Origin: an uncultured bacterium
GTDB taxonomy: Bacteria; Verrucomicrobiota; Verrucomicrobiia; Limisphaerales; UBA8199
NCBI GenBank assembly: GCA_963749495.1
Contig: CAVVMW010000022.1
Location: forward strand, 32,001 to 96,000
Direction of reading: 5' to 3'
DNA length: 64,000 bases
In this document: positions 10,096 to 18,712 of the stretch, in pieces
How positions within the stretch are numbered: position 1 is the first letter of the stretch
Layout: each line of letters opens with the position of its first letter
Notes under the pieces: generated by a model
What the model was told of the DNA's origin: nothing
Seen by the model: only the letters and a program-made list of their open reading frames with translations
The model's database searches: none
Made by a program: the position numbers and the translations under genes

Positions 10096-13000
10096 ATGCA
10101 GAGCACGATGAACCCGAAGCAACCGGCGCGGTGGCTCGCCACCGCAATCCTGGCAGCCACGTTGATGGCCGGCGGCAGCAACGCGCAGGACACCCTGCGG
10201 AGGGACGACCCCTCACCCCGGCCCTCTCCCCGTCCGACGGGGAGAGGGAGAGCCGCGAACGAGCGCGCACCGAGTCAATCCGCCGCGGCGGCCGGGGCGC
10301 AGGCAACCGGGACAACTCTGCTGCCGCTCGATGGGAATGATTGGGTGGTGGCGGCGGACCCGAAGAACGCGGGGCGCGGCGAGGGCTGGTGGAAAGGGGC
10401 GAGGCCGGAAGCCAGGCCCGTCCGCGTGCCGGGCATTTTGCAGGAGGCCCTGCCGGGCTACCACGGGGTCGCGTGGTGTTGGCGCGAGTTCACCCCGCCG
10501 CAGAACCCGTATCCGGGCGGGCGCTGCCTGTTGCGTTTCCACGCGGTGGATTACCTGGCGGATGTCTGGCTCAATGACGCGCCCGTCGGGGGTCATGAAG
10601 GTGGCGAGACGCCGTTTGTGCTGGATGTCACGGAAGCGGTGAGGCCGGGGACATCGAACCGGCTTGCCGTGCGCGTTCTGAACCCGAAGGCCGAACCCAT
10701 CGACGGCATCGTGCTGGCGGAGACGCCTCATCGGAACAAGGTGCCTGCCGGCATAGCGGCCGGGAGCGGGTACAACAGCGGCGGCATCGTTGAGCCGGTG
10801 GAATTGCTCTGGGTGCCGTCCATCCGCGTCGAGGATGTGTGTGTGCGTCCGGACTGGAAGACAGGCCGGGTGAAGGTCCAGGCCACGGTGATGAACGCGG
10901 GCCAGGCCGGCGCGCGCGGGCAGTTCCGGTTCGTCATTGCGCCCGCGCCTGGCAACGAGCCCGTCGCCGCGCTGACCCTCCAGCAGGACCTGCCGCCCGG
11001 CAAAGGACAGGTCGAGTGCGAGTTGACCGTGCCCAACTGCCGCTTGTGGCAGCTCGATGACCCTTGCCTCTATCGCCTGAGCGCCCGCCTCGTTTGCGGC
11101 CCGAGCGCAGACGCGCCCGAGAACGTCACGCGATTCGGCTTTCGCGAGCTGAGGGTCGAGAGAGGCTATTTCCGCCTGAACGGGAAGCGCATTTTCCTGA
11201 AGAGTTCGCACACCGGCAATCATTGTCCCATCGGGGCGGTCCTCCCGCCGGGGAGCGCTCCCGACCTCCTGCGCAAGGACCTGCTCTACATGAAATCGTG
11301 CGGTTTCAACACCGTCCGTTTCATCTCGGGTCTCGCGCACCCATATCAACTGGACCTGTGCGACGAGATCGGGCTGATGGTCTATGAGGAAGACCTGGCC
11401 GCCTGGCTCCTGGCGGATTCGCCAAAGATGGCGGAGCGGTTTGACGCCAATCTGCGGGAAATGGTGCTGCGGGACCGGAACCATCCCAGCGTGGTCATTT
11501 TCGGGCTGGTGAACGAGATGAGCAACGGCGCGCTGACCCGTCACGCGGTGGCCAGCCTTGGCCTGCTGCGCTCGCTGGACGATTCGCGGCTGGTCTTGCA
11601 GCAAAGCGGGCGGTGGGACGGCCAGTACAACATCGGGTCGGTCTGCAACCCCGGCAGCCGGCAATGGGAGTGCCAATGGGGTGTCGAGAATCCCGGCTAC
11701 GAGGGCACGGCCAGGAACGGCCCCTTTGGAGGCTATTTCGCGGGGGCGGGCGACGCCCATGTCTATCCTGCGGTGCCGCACACGCCGGAAATCGAGGCGG
11801 GGATACGCAACCTGGGCAGGGACTCCAAACCGGTGTTCCTTTCCGAATACGGCATCGGCAGCCAGATGAACGTCATCCGGGAGGTGCGCTATTATGAGCA
11901 ACACGGCGCCAATCCCGAGTGGGACGACTTCAAGTTCCTCAAGCAGAACGAAGAGAAACTGGCCGCTGACTGGAAGAGATTCGGGATGGATGGCGTCTAT
12001 GCGTTTCCGGAGGAGATGCTGCGCGCCAGCCAGCAACTGAACGGACGGCAGCGGCTCTTGGGGTTCAACCTGGTGCGGTCCAATCCGAGGATTTGCGGCT
12101 TCAACCTGACCGGGTTGCTGGACCACGGCTACAGCGGCGAGGGGCTCTGGACGTTCTGGCGCGAGTTCAAACCCGGCCTCATGGACGCGCTCCAGGACGG
12201 TTGGGCGCCGTTGCGGTGGTGTCTGTTCGCGGCGCCCATGCACGCCTATTCGGGCCGTCCGGTGAAGCTGGAGGCCATCCTGGCCAACGAAGATGTGCTG
12301 GCGCCGGGAACCTATCCGGCGTGGTTGCGTGTCGTGGGGCCGGACGGTGTGGCGTGGGCAGCGAAACAGGAGGTCGTTATTCCGAAGCCGGCGCCCGGTG
12401 AAGACGGCCCTTTGGCTGTGCCGGTGTTCTCAGGCGAGATCACGCTTCCCGGCCCTGCCGGGCAGTACACGTTCGCGGCTACCCTGGAACATGGCGGCGC
12501 GCCGGCGGGCGGACGGTTGGCCTTCTACGTGAGCGACCCGCCTGCGGCTGGGGCCGCCTCAGTGACGGTCAGCATGGTGGGTTCCCGCGCGCAGGAGTGG
12601 CTCAAGACCCGGGGCGTGAGCGTGGCGCCGCTGGGGGCGGAACCCGCCGCAATCCGCCAAATAATCCTCATTGGAGATTGGACCGAGTCCAACGTGAACC
12701 CGGAAACCAGGAAAGACCTCTTGGAGCGCGTGGCGCGGGGCAGCGTGGCTGTCTTTCTCAAGCCGGGCGCTTTCAGGAAGGGTGGTGACGCTCTGGGTTG
12801 GCTGCCGCTCAAGAACAAGGGGCGTCTGACCGACTTTCCCGACTGGCTCTATCACAAGGAGTGCGTGGCAAAGAAGCATCCTTTCTTTGATGGCTTGCAG
12901 CCGCCGGGCATCATGGACTGGGATTACTACGGTCCACTGATTAGCCGCCAGTTCTTTGAAGGACAAGACACGCCGGAGGAGGTCGCGGCGGCCGCGTTCG

Positions 13001-13239
13001 CGGTTTGCCACAGCAGCCGGCCCGACGGTTACGCAGCCGGCACAATGCTCAGTGTCTGCCGGGTCGGCGCGGGCAAGCTCATTCTGAACACCTTCAACCT
13101 TCTCGACAACGTGGACAAGCATCCCGCGGCGGACAGGCTGTTGCTGAACCTGGTCCGCTACGCCGCGGGCGCCACGAGCGAACCCCTGGCCGGGCTCCCC
13201 GCGGACTTTGACGCCACACTGAAGGAGATGGGGTACTGA
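10096..13239 (+). CDS. glycoside hydrolase family 2
   Basis: LRFHAVDY..HEGGETPF, FGFREL, YFRLNGKR, DLCDEIGLMV, RDRNHPSVVIFGLVNE, FLSEYG; signal peptide. Confidence 0.9.
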   Translation: MQSTMNPKQPARWLATAILAATLMAGGSNAQDTLRRDDPSPRPSPRPTGRGRAANERAPSQSAAAAGAQATGTTLLPLDGNDWVVAADPKNAGRGEGWWKGARPEARPVRVPGILQEALPGYHGVAWCWREFTPPQNPYPGGRCLLRFHAVDYLADVWLNDAPVGGHEGGETPFVLDVTEAVRPGTSNRLAVRVLNPKAEPIDGIVLAETPHRNKVPAGIAAGSGYNSGGIVEPVELLWVPSIRVEDVCVRPDWKTGRVKVQATVMNAGQAGARGQFRFVIAPAPGNEPVAALTLQQDLPPGKGQVECELTVPNCRLWQLDDPCLYRLSARLVCGPSADAPENVTRFGFRELRVERGYFRLNGKRIFLKSSHTGNHCPIGAVLPPGSAPDLLRKDLLYMKSCGFNTVRFISGLAHPYQLDLCDEIGLMVYEEDLAAWLLADSPKMAERFDANLREMVLRDRNHPSVVIFGLVNEMSNGALTRHAVASLGLLRSLDDSRLVLQQSGRWDGQYNIGSVCNPGSRQWECQWGVENPGYEGTARNGPFGGYFAGAGDAHVYPAVPHTPEIEAGIRNLGRDSKPVFLSEYGIGSQMNVIREVRYYEQHGANPEWDDFKFLKQNEEKLAADWKRFGMDGVYAFPEEMLRASQQLNGRQRLLGFNLVRSNPRICGFNLTGLLDHGYSGEGLWTFWREFKPGLMDALQDGWAPLRWCLFAAPMHAYSGRPVKLEAILANEDVLAPGTYPAWLRVVGPDGVAWAAKQEVVIPKPAPGEDGPLAVPVFSGEITLPGPAGQYTFAATLEHGGAPAGGRLAFYVSDPPAAGAASVTVSMVGSRAQEWLKTRGVSVAPLGAEPAAIRQIILIGDWTESNVNPETRKDLLERVARGSVAVFLKPGAFRKGGDALGWLPLKNKGRLTDFPDWLYHKECVAKKHPFFDGLQPPGIMDWDYYGPLISRQFFEGQDTPEEVAAAAFAVCHSSRPDGYAAGTMLSVCRVGAGKLILNTFNLLDNVDKHPAADRLLLNLVRYAAGATSEPLAGLPADFDATLKEMGY

Positions 13240-13354
13240 ATCCTGTCCCGGAGGGAATAGCCCAACGCTTTTAGCAGCTGTCTTTACCCGCAATCTTCAC
13301 ATGCCCTCATGAAGCGGATCTGAGGGCCGTCAAGGACCTCCGAAGCCCATTTCT

Positions 13355-13575
13355 CATCCCGGAGGGATGCCAGAAGGTAGCCGGGGGTCGAAGCGTAGCG
13401 AGACCCCCGGCCCCCCGACGGCGAGGGATTGCATCCCGGAGGGATGCCAGAAGGCGCCAACCGCACACGTGTGCTCTTCTGGCACCCCTCCGGGGTGCAG
13501 GGCCACCAACGCGCTCAACCGGGGGTCGCCGCCGGACGGCGACCTCCGGCTACCTTCTGCCAACCCTCCGGGTTG
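13355..13575. repeat. REP/MITE-like composite palindrome
   Basis: catcccggagggatgccagaagg occurs twice, with inverted counterparts tctggcacccctccggggtg and ctgccaaccctccgggttg. Confidence 0.8.
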
Positions 13576-13737
13576 GCCGGGCGTTTGCGCCGGCTCGTAT
13601 GAAGGCCGCCATTGTCGGCTAAAATTGGGCTGCTCCTCAGGCATTTCTCCCGCCTGCCCAAAGGAGCAACTGATAGGATCGGCGAAGAGATGTGGGTAAT
13701 GACAAGTGCTCTAGAATTGGGTTACGGTCCCCGCGGG

Positions 13738-15420
13738 CTATTTGGAAATGGGCGCCATCATGCTCCGATTCAGGGTGAGAACGGTGCGGTTGTTGTTGAT
13801 GGCGGTGGTCTTGAACTCCTGAAGCTTGGCGAGGTCTTCCGCGCTGAGGAAGGAACTCCCGCTGGCGGCGGCGCGCGTGTAAATGTCGTCCAGGAGTTTG
13901 AGGCTCCTGTCGGCATCCTGTTCCGAGACGATGTTGCGGAAATTGAGTATCGGCAGGGTCTGGTAATCGGCGGGAAGGCCGGCGCTGGACAAGGCCGCCT
14001 TGGCCCCGTCCTGCAAGGCCTGGCAGAGTTGTTTGGCCTTCTGTTCCTTTTCCGCATCCGTTCCGGTCATCATGCCTTTGAATTGTTCGGCGCTGACCGT
14101 GCTCAAAAGCCCCCGGGTGTAGTCCTGGTACTGCGCCAATGCGTCCGGGCCGAGCAGCGCCCGCACTTTCTCCTCCAGCGCCGCGTCCTGCGCGGCAAAA
14201 ACCCCGTCCACCTGCTCCGGCGTCGGCTTGTCGCGCAGCGCGGTGGTGACATGGCCCACATTCTCCATAATGTGGTCCGCCAGCAGGTCGTTGAGCTTCC
14301 CCGTCTGCTCGGGCGTGAGCTTCGCGCGCTCGGCGAACTCCTTGTAGAGAATGCCCATCCCCATTTTCTGCTGGTCCCGCAGCATCTTCACCGCCTCGGG
14401 ACTGGCCGTGATTTTGCTCAGCGGGGTGATCGAGCCGATGTCGGCGTTCTCCCGCTTGAGCCTGCCCACTTCACCCCGGAGTTTCAGCACGTCGTTCGGG
14501 TTTTTCTTGAGCGCGGCGTTCTCGCTGGAAAGCCCGGCCAGCGTGTTGGTGGCCCGGTCGCGTTCGCGCTGCAACTCCTGCACCTGATTGCTCAACGCGG
14601 CTTGCTGGTGCTCTTGCAGCCTGAGGGCCTGCACCTCCTCGCGCAGGCTTGAAACCCGCCGGGCCTGGTAATATCCGGTCGCCACGGCCCCGGCGGCCAC
14701 GACGATGATGATTGTCTTTTGAAGGGTAGTCATAGCGATAGTTTTAGTGATGGCAACTGCGGCGGAGCTGGAAAGAGCGGTTGAGGCGGCGAGCGCGCCC
14801 ACAGCGACCGTCCCGGCGAGCCCGGCGGGGGCGCCCTGAATCGCGTTGGCTGAGACCAGGACGGCAAGCCCGCTTGCGCCGACGGCGACATTGCGCTTGG
14901 ACAAATGCTCGCGCAGATGCTCGAGGGCGCGGGTGACGCGCTTCTGAGCCGCGTCTTCGCTGGCGCCCAGCGCCTCGCCGACTTCCCGCAAGGACTTGTT
15001 CTCGAAGTAGCGCAGCAGAACCGCGGTGCGCTCGGCGTCGCCAAGCGAGTGCATGGCCTCGTCGAGCAGCGGTTCGATGTGCGCCCAATCAGTGGAGGTG
15101 TCGCTCATATGGCTCATCTCAAAGGCGATTTGCTCGCGCGCCTGCCGCCGCGCCTCGCGGCGGACAACGTCGATGGCGGCATGGCGGGTGACCCGGTAAA
15201 GCCACGCTGTCAGCACCGTGTCCGGCTCCATTTTGGCGGCGTTGCACGCAAGCTGGGTGAAAACCGTTTGGCACACTTCCTCGGCCAACTGCGGTGAACG
15301 GACTTGCCGCAGGGCGGCGGAATAGACGAGATTCAGGTGCCGGTTCACCAGCGCGGTGAAGGCGTCCTGCGACTCTTCGCGGGTGAATTGCCCGAGCAAA
15401 TCATGGTCGTTCGCGGTCAT
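13738..15420 (-). CDS. ECF RNA polymerase sigma-70 factor with long C-terminal membrane-anchored extension
   Basis: DAFTALVNRHLNLVYSAALRQV..AEEVCQTVF..WLY; region 4 LRYFENKSLREVGEALG..AAQKRV; hydrophobic segment followed by a coiled coil. Confidence 0.9.
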   Translation of the reverse strand: MTANDHDLLGQFTREESQDAFTALVNRHLNLVYSAALRQVRSPQLAEEVCQTVFTQLACNAAKMEPDTVLTAWLYRVTRHAAIDVVRREARRQAREQIAFEMSHMSDTSTDWAHIEPLLDEAMHSLGDAERTAVLLRYFENKSLREVGEALGASEDAAQKRVTRALEHLREHLSKRNVAVGASGLAVLVSANAIQGAPAGLAGTVAVGALAASTALSSSAAVAITKTIAMTTLQKTIIIVVAAGAVATGYYQARRVSSLREEVQALRLQEHQQAALSNQVQELQRERDRATNTLAGLSSENAALKKNPNDVLKLRGEVGRLKRENADIGSITPLSKITASPEAVKMLRDQQKMGMGILYKEFAERAKLTPEQTGKLNDLLADHIMENVGHVTTALRDKPTPEQVDGVFAAQDAALEEKVRALLGPDALAQYQDYTRGLLSTVSAEQFKGMMTGTDAEKEQKAKQLCQALQDGAKAALSSAGLPADYQTLPILNFRNIVSEQDADRSLKLLDDIYTRAAASGSSFLSAEDLAKLQEFKTTAINNNRTVLTLNRSMMAPISK

Positions 15421-15565
15421 GTTCACTAACATAACGACACCGGGCGGCAAAATCCGACAAACTTTTCCGGGCTCCGACTCCCCAAATCCACGCCCAAACC
15501 CGATCGCGCGCCGCCAGGCACTGGAATCACGCCTCCTCAGCTTCCGTGCCAATCCAGAAAACATA

Positions 15566-15619
15566 AACCACGGAATACACGGAAAGAAGGCGGTTTTCCG
15601 TGCATTCCGTGTATTCCGT
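15566..15619. repeat. 9-mer-based palindrome (CACGGAATA / TATTCCGTG)
   Basis: aaccacggaatacacggaaa ... tttccgtgcattccgtgtattccgt. Confidence 0.75.
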
Positions 15620-15730
15620 TCTCAAAAAATGGGAGGCGAGGATTTGGGAAACCCGTTTGGGCTTGGCATGGGAGCCAGGGGAGCCCCATTTTGAAGGCTG
15701 CGCTATGAACCGCCTTCTCTGCACCAATGC

Positions 15731-15774
15731 CGTTTCACGTTTCACGTTTCACGCCTCACGTTTCACGTTTCACG
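15731..15774. repeat. heptamer tandem repeat (CGTTTCA)6
   Basis: Read directly; abuts the ATG at 15777. Confidence 0.9.
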
Positions 15775-15776
15775 CT

Positions 15777-17363
15777 ATGAACTTCACCAATGGATCTCCA
15801 GCCCTCAGAATGTGGTTGCCCATGACGGCCCTCCTCATCTGCACCGTGGCAGCCCATGCCCAACAACCCGCCTCCTCGCCAGCAGCCGGCCTCGTTAGGC
15901 TGAGCGTCAATGCCGGGACAGTGGTCCACACGATGCGCGGCGGCTTTGGCGCCTCCTGGCACGCCATCGAGCAGCCAATCCCTGTCGAGGGGGACCGCTC
16001 GCACGGGGGCAGCGCCTGGGGCGCAAACCCGCCTGCGCAAGACACCCGTGCCTGGCGGCAACTCCGCGCCCACGCCGATTGGCTGGGCCTGGATTTTGTC
16101 CGCGTCGAACTCGAACAGCGCATGTTCGAGCCCGAGCCGGGCCGGTTCACCTGGGACTCGCCCGAGATGCGCATCCTCTACCGCATCCTGGACTGGTGCC
16201 AGGGCCGGCATGCCGATGTGTTCCTGCAGTGCATGTGGGGCAATGTCGAGTGGAACTCGTTTCCGGAGTTCCGAGGCGACCCAATCAAGCGCGTCCACAG
16301 CGGGCCCTATTCCATGGAGAAGTTTGCCGACGGCCTGGCGGCGTTGATGAAACACCTGCTGGCGTCGAAGCACTACACGTGCGTCCGCTGGCTTTGCACC
16401 AACAACGAACCGGGCTATGAGTGGTCCTGGTGGCAGCGGCCTCCGAACCGTCCGATGTCATTGCGCGAGGGCCTGGCTGCCGTGAGGCAGGCCCTGGACC
16501 GCGAGGGCATCCGCGTGCCGTTGAGCGGGCCGGACTGGACGGACCTGCCGGAGCTCAAGCCGGAACAGGTGGACTTCGACCAGTTCATCGGGGCCTATGA
16601 CTTGCACAGCTACTATGCGGGGTTCGATTGGCACCCGGGCGGCGGGTATCCGATGGCCGTCGCGGAGAAGCGGCTTGCCGGCTGGCGCAAGTGGTCCGCC
16701 GAACGGGGCAAGCCGCTGTTTCTCTCGGAGTTGGGCACGATGATCTACGGCTGGGGCGGCAGCAAGCCCGGGCCCAGCACCTGGGAGGCGGCCATCAAAG
16801 ACGCTGAGCTGGTGGTGCGCGCCCTGAACCTGGGCGTGGACGGTTTCAACCGCTGGAGCTTCGTCAACCGCGGCGATCTCGATGGCGTTTGGCAGATGGT
16901 CGACACCTGGGACCCCGCGCGCAAGGCCCTTCGCAATACGATCACGCCCTGTCCCAATGCCTATTTTGTCTATGGCCTGATTTCCCGGCTGGCGGCCAAG
17001 CATTCCAGCGTGGTCGCCTGCGGGCAAACCGGCGGCCAGATGGACGGCACCAACCGTGTCTTTGCCGCCGCGCTCAAGAGCCCCAAAGGCAATCTCACGT
17101 GGCTCATCGTCAACGACGCGCCGCAGGAGTGGGCGGCGGAGTTTTCGCTCAAGGCTTGCCCACGCCGCGCGCTCTACAAATACCAGGTCACCGCCCAACA
17201 GAAGGACCGCCCGGACCTCAAGATCAATCCGCTCCGCGCTGTAGCGATTACCGCCGGCAACGCGGCCTTTTCGGATAGCTTGCCGCCCATGAGTCTCACG
17301 GTCTTCTCCACCTGGAACCTCAAACATTCCGCCCCCGGGATCGTGGAGGACCGGGCAAGGTGA
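15777..17363 (+). CDS. secreted clan GH-A glycoside hydrolase (GH30/GH5/GH39-like)
   Basis: Signal peptide; NNEP acid/base motif; DLHSY; FLSELG nucleophile motif; C-terminal beta-sandwich. Confidence 0.75.
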   Translation: MNFTNGSPALRMWLPMTALLICTVAAHAQQPASSPAAGLVRLSVNAGTVVHTMRGGFGASWHAIEQPIPVEGDRSHGGSAWGANPPAQDTRAWRQLRAHADWLGLDFVRVELEQRMFEPEPGRFTWDSPEMRILYRILDWCQGRHADVFLQCMWGNVEWNSFPEFRGDPIKRVHSGPYSMEKFADGLAALMKHLLASKHYTCVRWLCTNNEPGYEWSWWQRPPNRPMSLREGLAAVRQALDREGIRVPLSGPDWTDLPELKPEQVDFDQFIGAYDLHSYYAGFDWHPGGGYPMAVAEKRLAGWRKWSAERGKPLFLSELGTMIYGWGGSKPGPSTWEAAIKDAELVVRALNLGVDGFNRWSFVNRGDLDGVWQMVDTWDPARKALRNTITPCPNAYFVYGLISRLAAKHSSVVACGQTGGQMDGTNRVFAAALKSPKGNLTWLIVNDAPQEWAAEFSLKACPRRALYKYQVTAQQKDRPDLKINPLRAVAITAGNAAFSDSLPPMSLTVFSTWNLKHSAPGIVEDRAR

Positions 17364-17376
17364 CCGCGCGCGGAAT

Positions 17377-18347
17377 TGAACCTAAGAAGCGCAGTTCAGC
17401 CGCGAGAAGGCGCAAAAGTCGCAAAAGGTGAAGGACTTGCGCGCGGCGGCTCTGTCTCCGCTTGGGTGAGGATCGTCGCGGGTGCAAGTGCTTCTTTTTG
17501 CGTTTTTTGCGCCTTTTCGCTCGCAGCCCATAAGGCTGCCAGTCCAGCCGGTGGAAGTCCGGCGATGGTAACTGACGATGAACCATACAGTGATAACCGA
17601 CACGGGAAGGGGCGACCCGACCCGCGAAAGCTCGGTCGTAAAAGTCCTGGCCGGAGCAGGGCGAGCAACACCTCCAGGCCGTAGCATAAAGCGAAAGCTG
17701 CAGCTTCGTTACGCTACCCACGGGTTCCGGATTCGTGGGATTTGTGACTGCCGAGCCGGTGCGAAAACGGCGAAGGCACAACCAACGATGAAGGCATCGT
17801 CGCAGGCAATCGTTGGAGTCACCGGAGTACGGGCGGCGGCATGGGGTGAAAGGACTGGCAGAGTAAATTGGGGACCCTCTGGGGCTGGCGGGTTGGTCCC
17901 GCAGCCTGGCGGAATAATGCATAAGCCGCTGGGTGGCCAACAGAGGCGCACATGTGGCCATAGTAAGCGACGAGCCGACCGGACAGCATAACCGGTTGGG
18001 GAGCCAAGGGCCACTGGACCCGCGGTCGTGGTCAGAGGTTCTCGGTGCCGCTTGGACGCAAGTCCGACTACGGAACAAACGCCGGGGACGGAGATACCGA
18101 CAGTGACGGCCTATAAGCGGGCGGTAGCATACCCGCGAAGGTGGCCGTGGCGTCAGGCGGGTTTGAAGCCGGTACTGGGGAAAACCCACCGTACGGAATT
18201 TTAGAGGGGGCAGAGGAAACGAAGTGGATGGCTTGATGACCGTTTGCCACGATGCCCGAAAGGGCCGATACATTGGAAGTCATTGGCCTAATCATGTTCG
18301 CGCCTCTGCTCTACTCGATGGCTATTCAACCGCCGTTTCCAGGTTCA
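17377..18347. repeat. palindromic repeat interrupted by a group II intron
   Basis: Left arm tgaacctaagaagcgcagttcagccgcgagaaggcgcaaaagtcgcaaaa pairs with the rejoined right arm ttttgcgttttttgcgccttttcgc|ggctattcaaccgccgtttccaggttca. Confidence 0.8.
17521..18319 (+). mobile_element. ORF-less group II intron (IIB-like ribozyme, 799 nt)
   Basis: Domain V aagccggtactggggaaaacccaccgtacggaatt (18166-18200); domain VI gcagagg...cctctgctctactcgat ending in AT; EBS1 loop gcgaaaa (17761-17767) complementary to the 5' flank ttttcgc; no RT ORF. Confidence 0.85.
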
Positions 18348-18712
18348 TACCATACCAGGGCAAGGCCCGCCGGAGCGCAGCGCAGGCGGGCCGCCGCCCT
18401 GGGTCCACAGCACATTCTCTTTTGCAGGCCAACGGCCTGCTTCATAAGGTTCCCGGAGGATGAATCGCGCCTTCAGCGCTCCAGATGATTATTGGCGGCT
18501 TTACCCACGGCGAGGCCCTGGGCTGGTATGAGCGACGCCTTTGGCGTCCCGAGCACGCACCGCCGGCTCGATCGTGCACCCGAAGAATTCTGTCCTGCGC
18601 TCCTCTCCGAAATGCCGGGCATGGAGCGGGTTTGGCCGGGCTCGCCCTCCGGGTGAGCGCGGCGGTGCATCAGGGCCGAAGGCCCGCGATGTGATAGCCT
18701 GGGTTTTCGGGG

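Noticed and set aside
17320..18273. 317-aa minus-strand ORF
   Set aside because: Antisense read-through of the intron RNA; no RT or maturase motifs.
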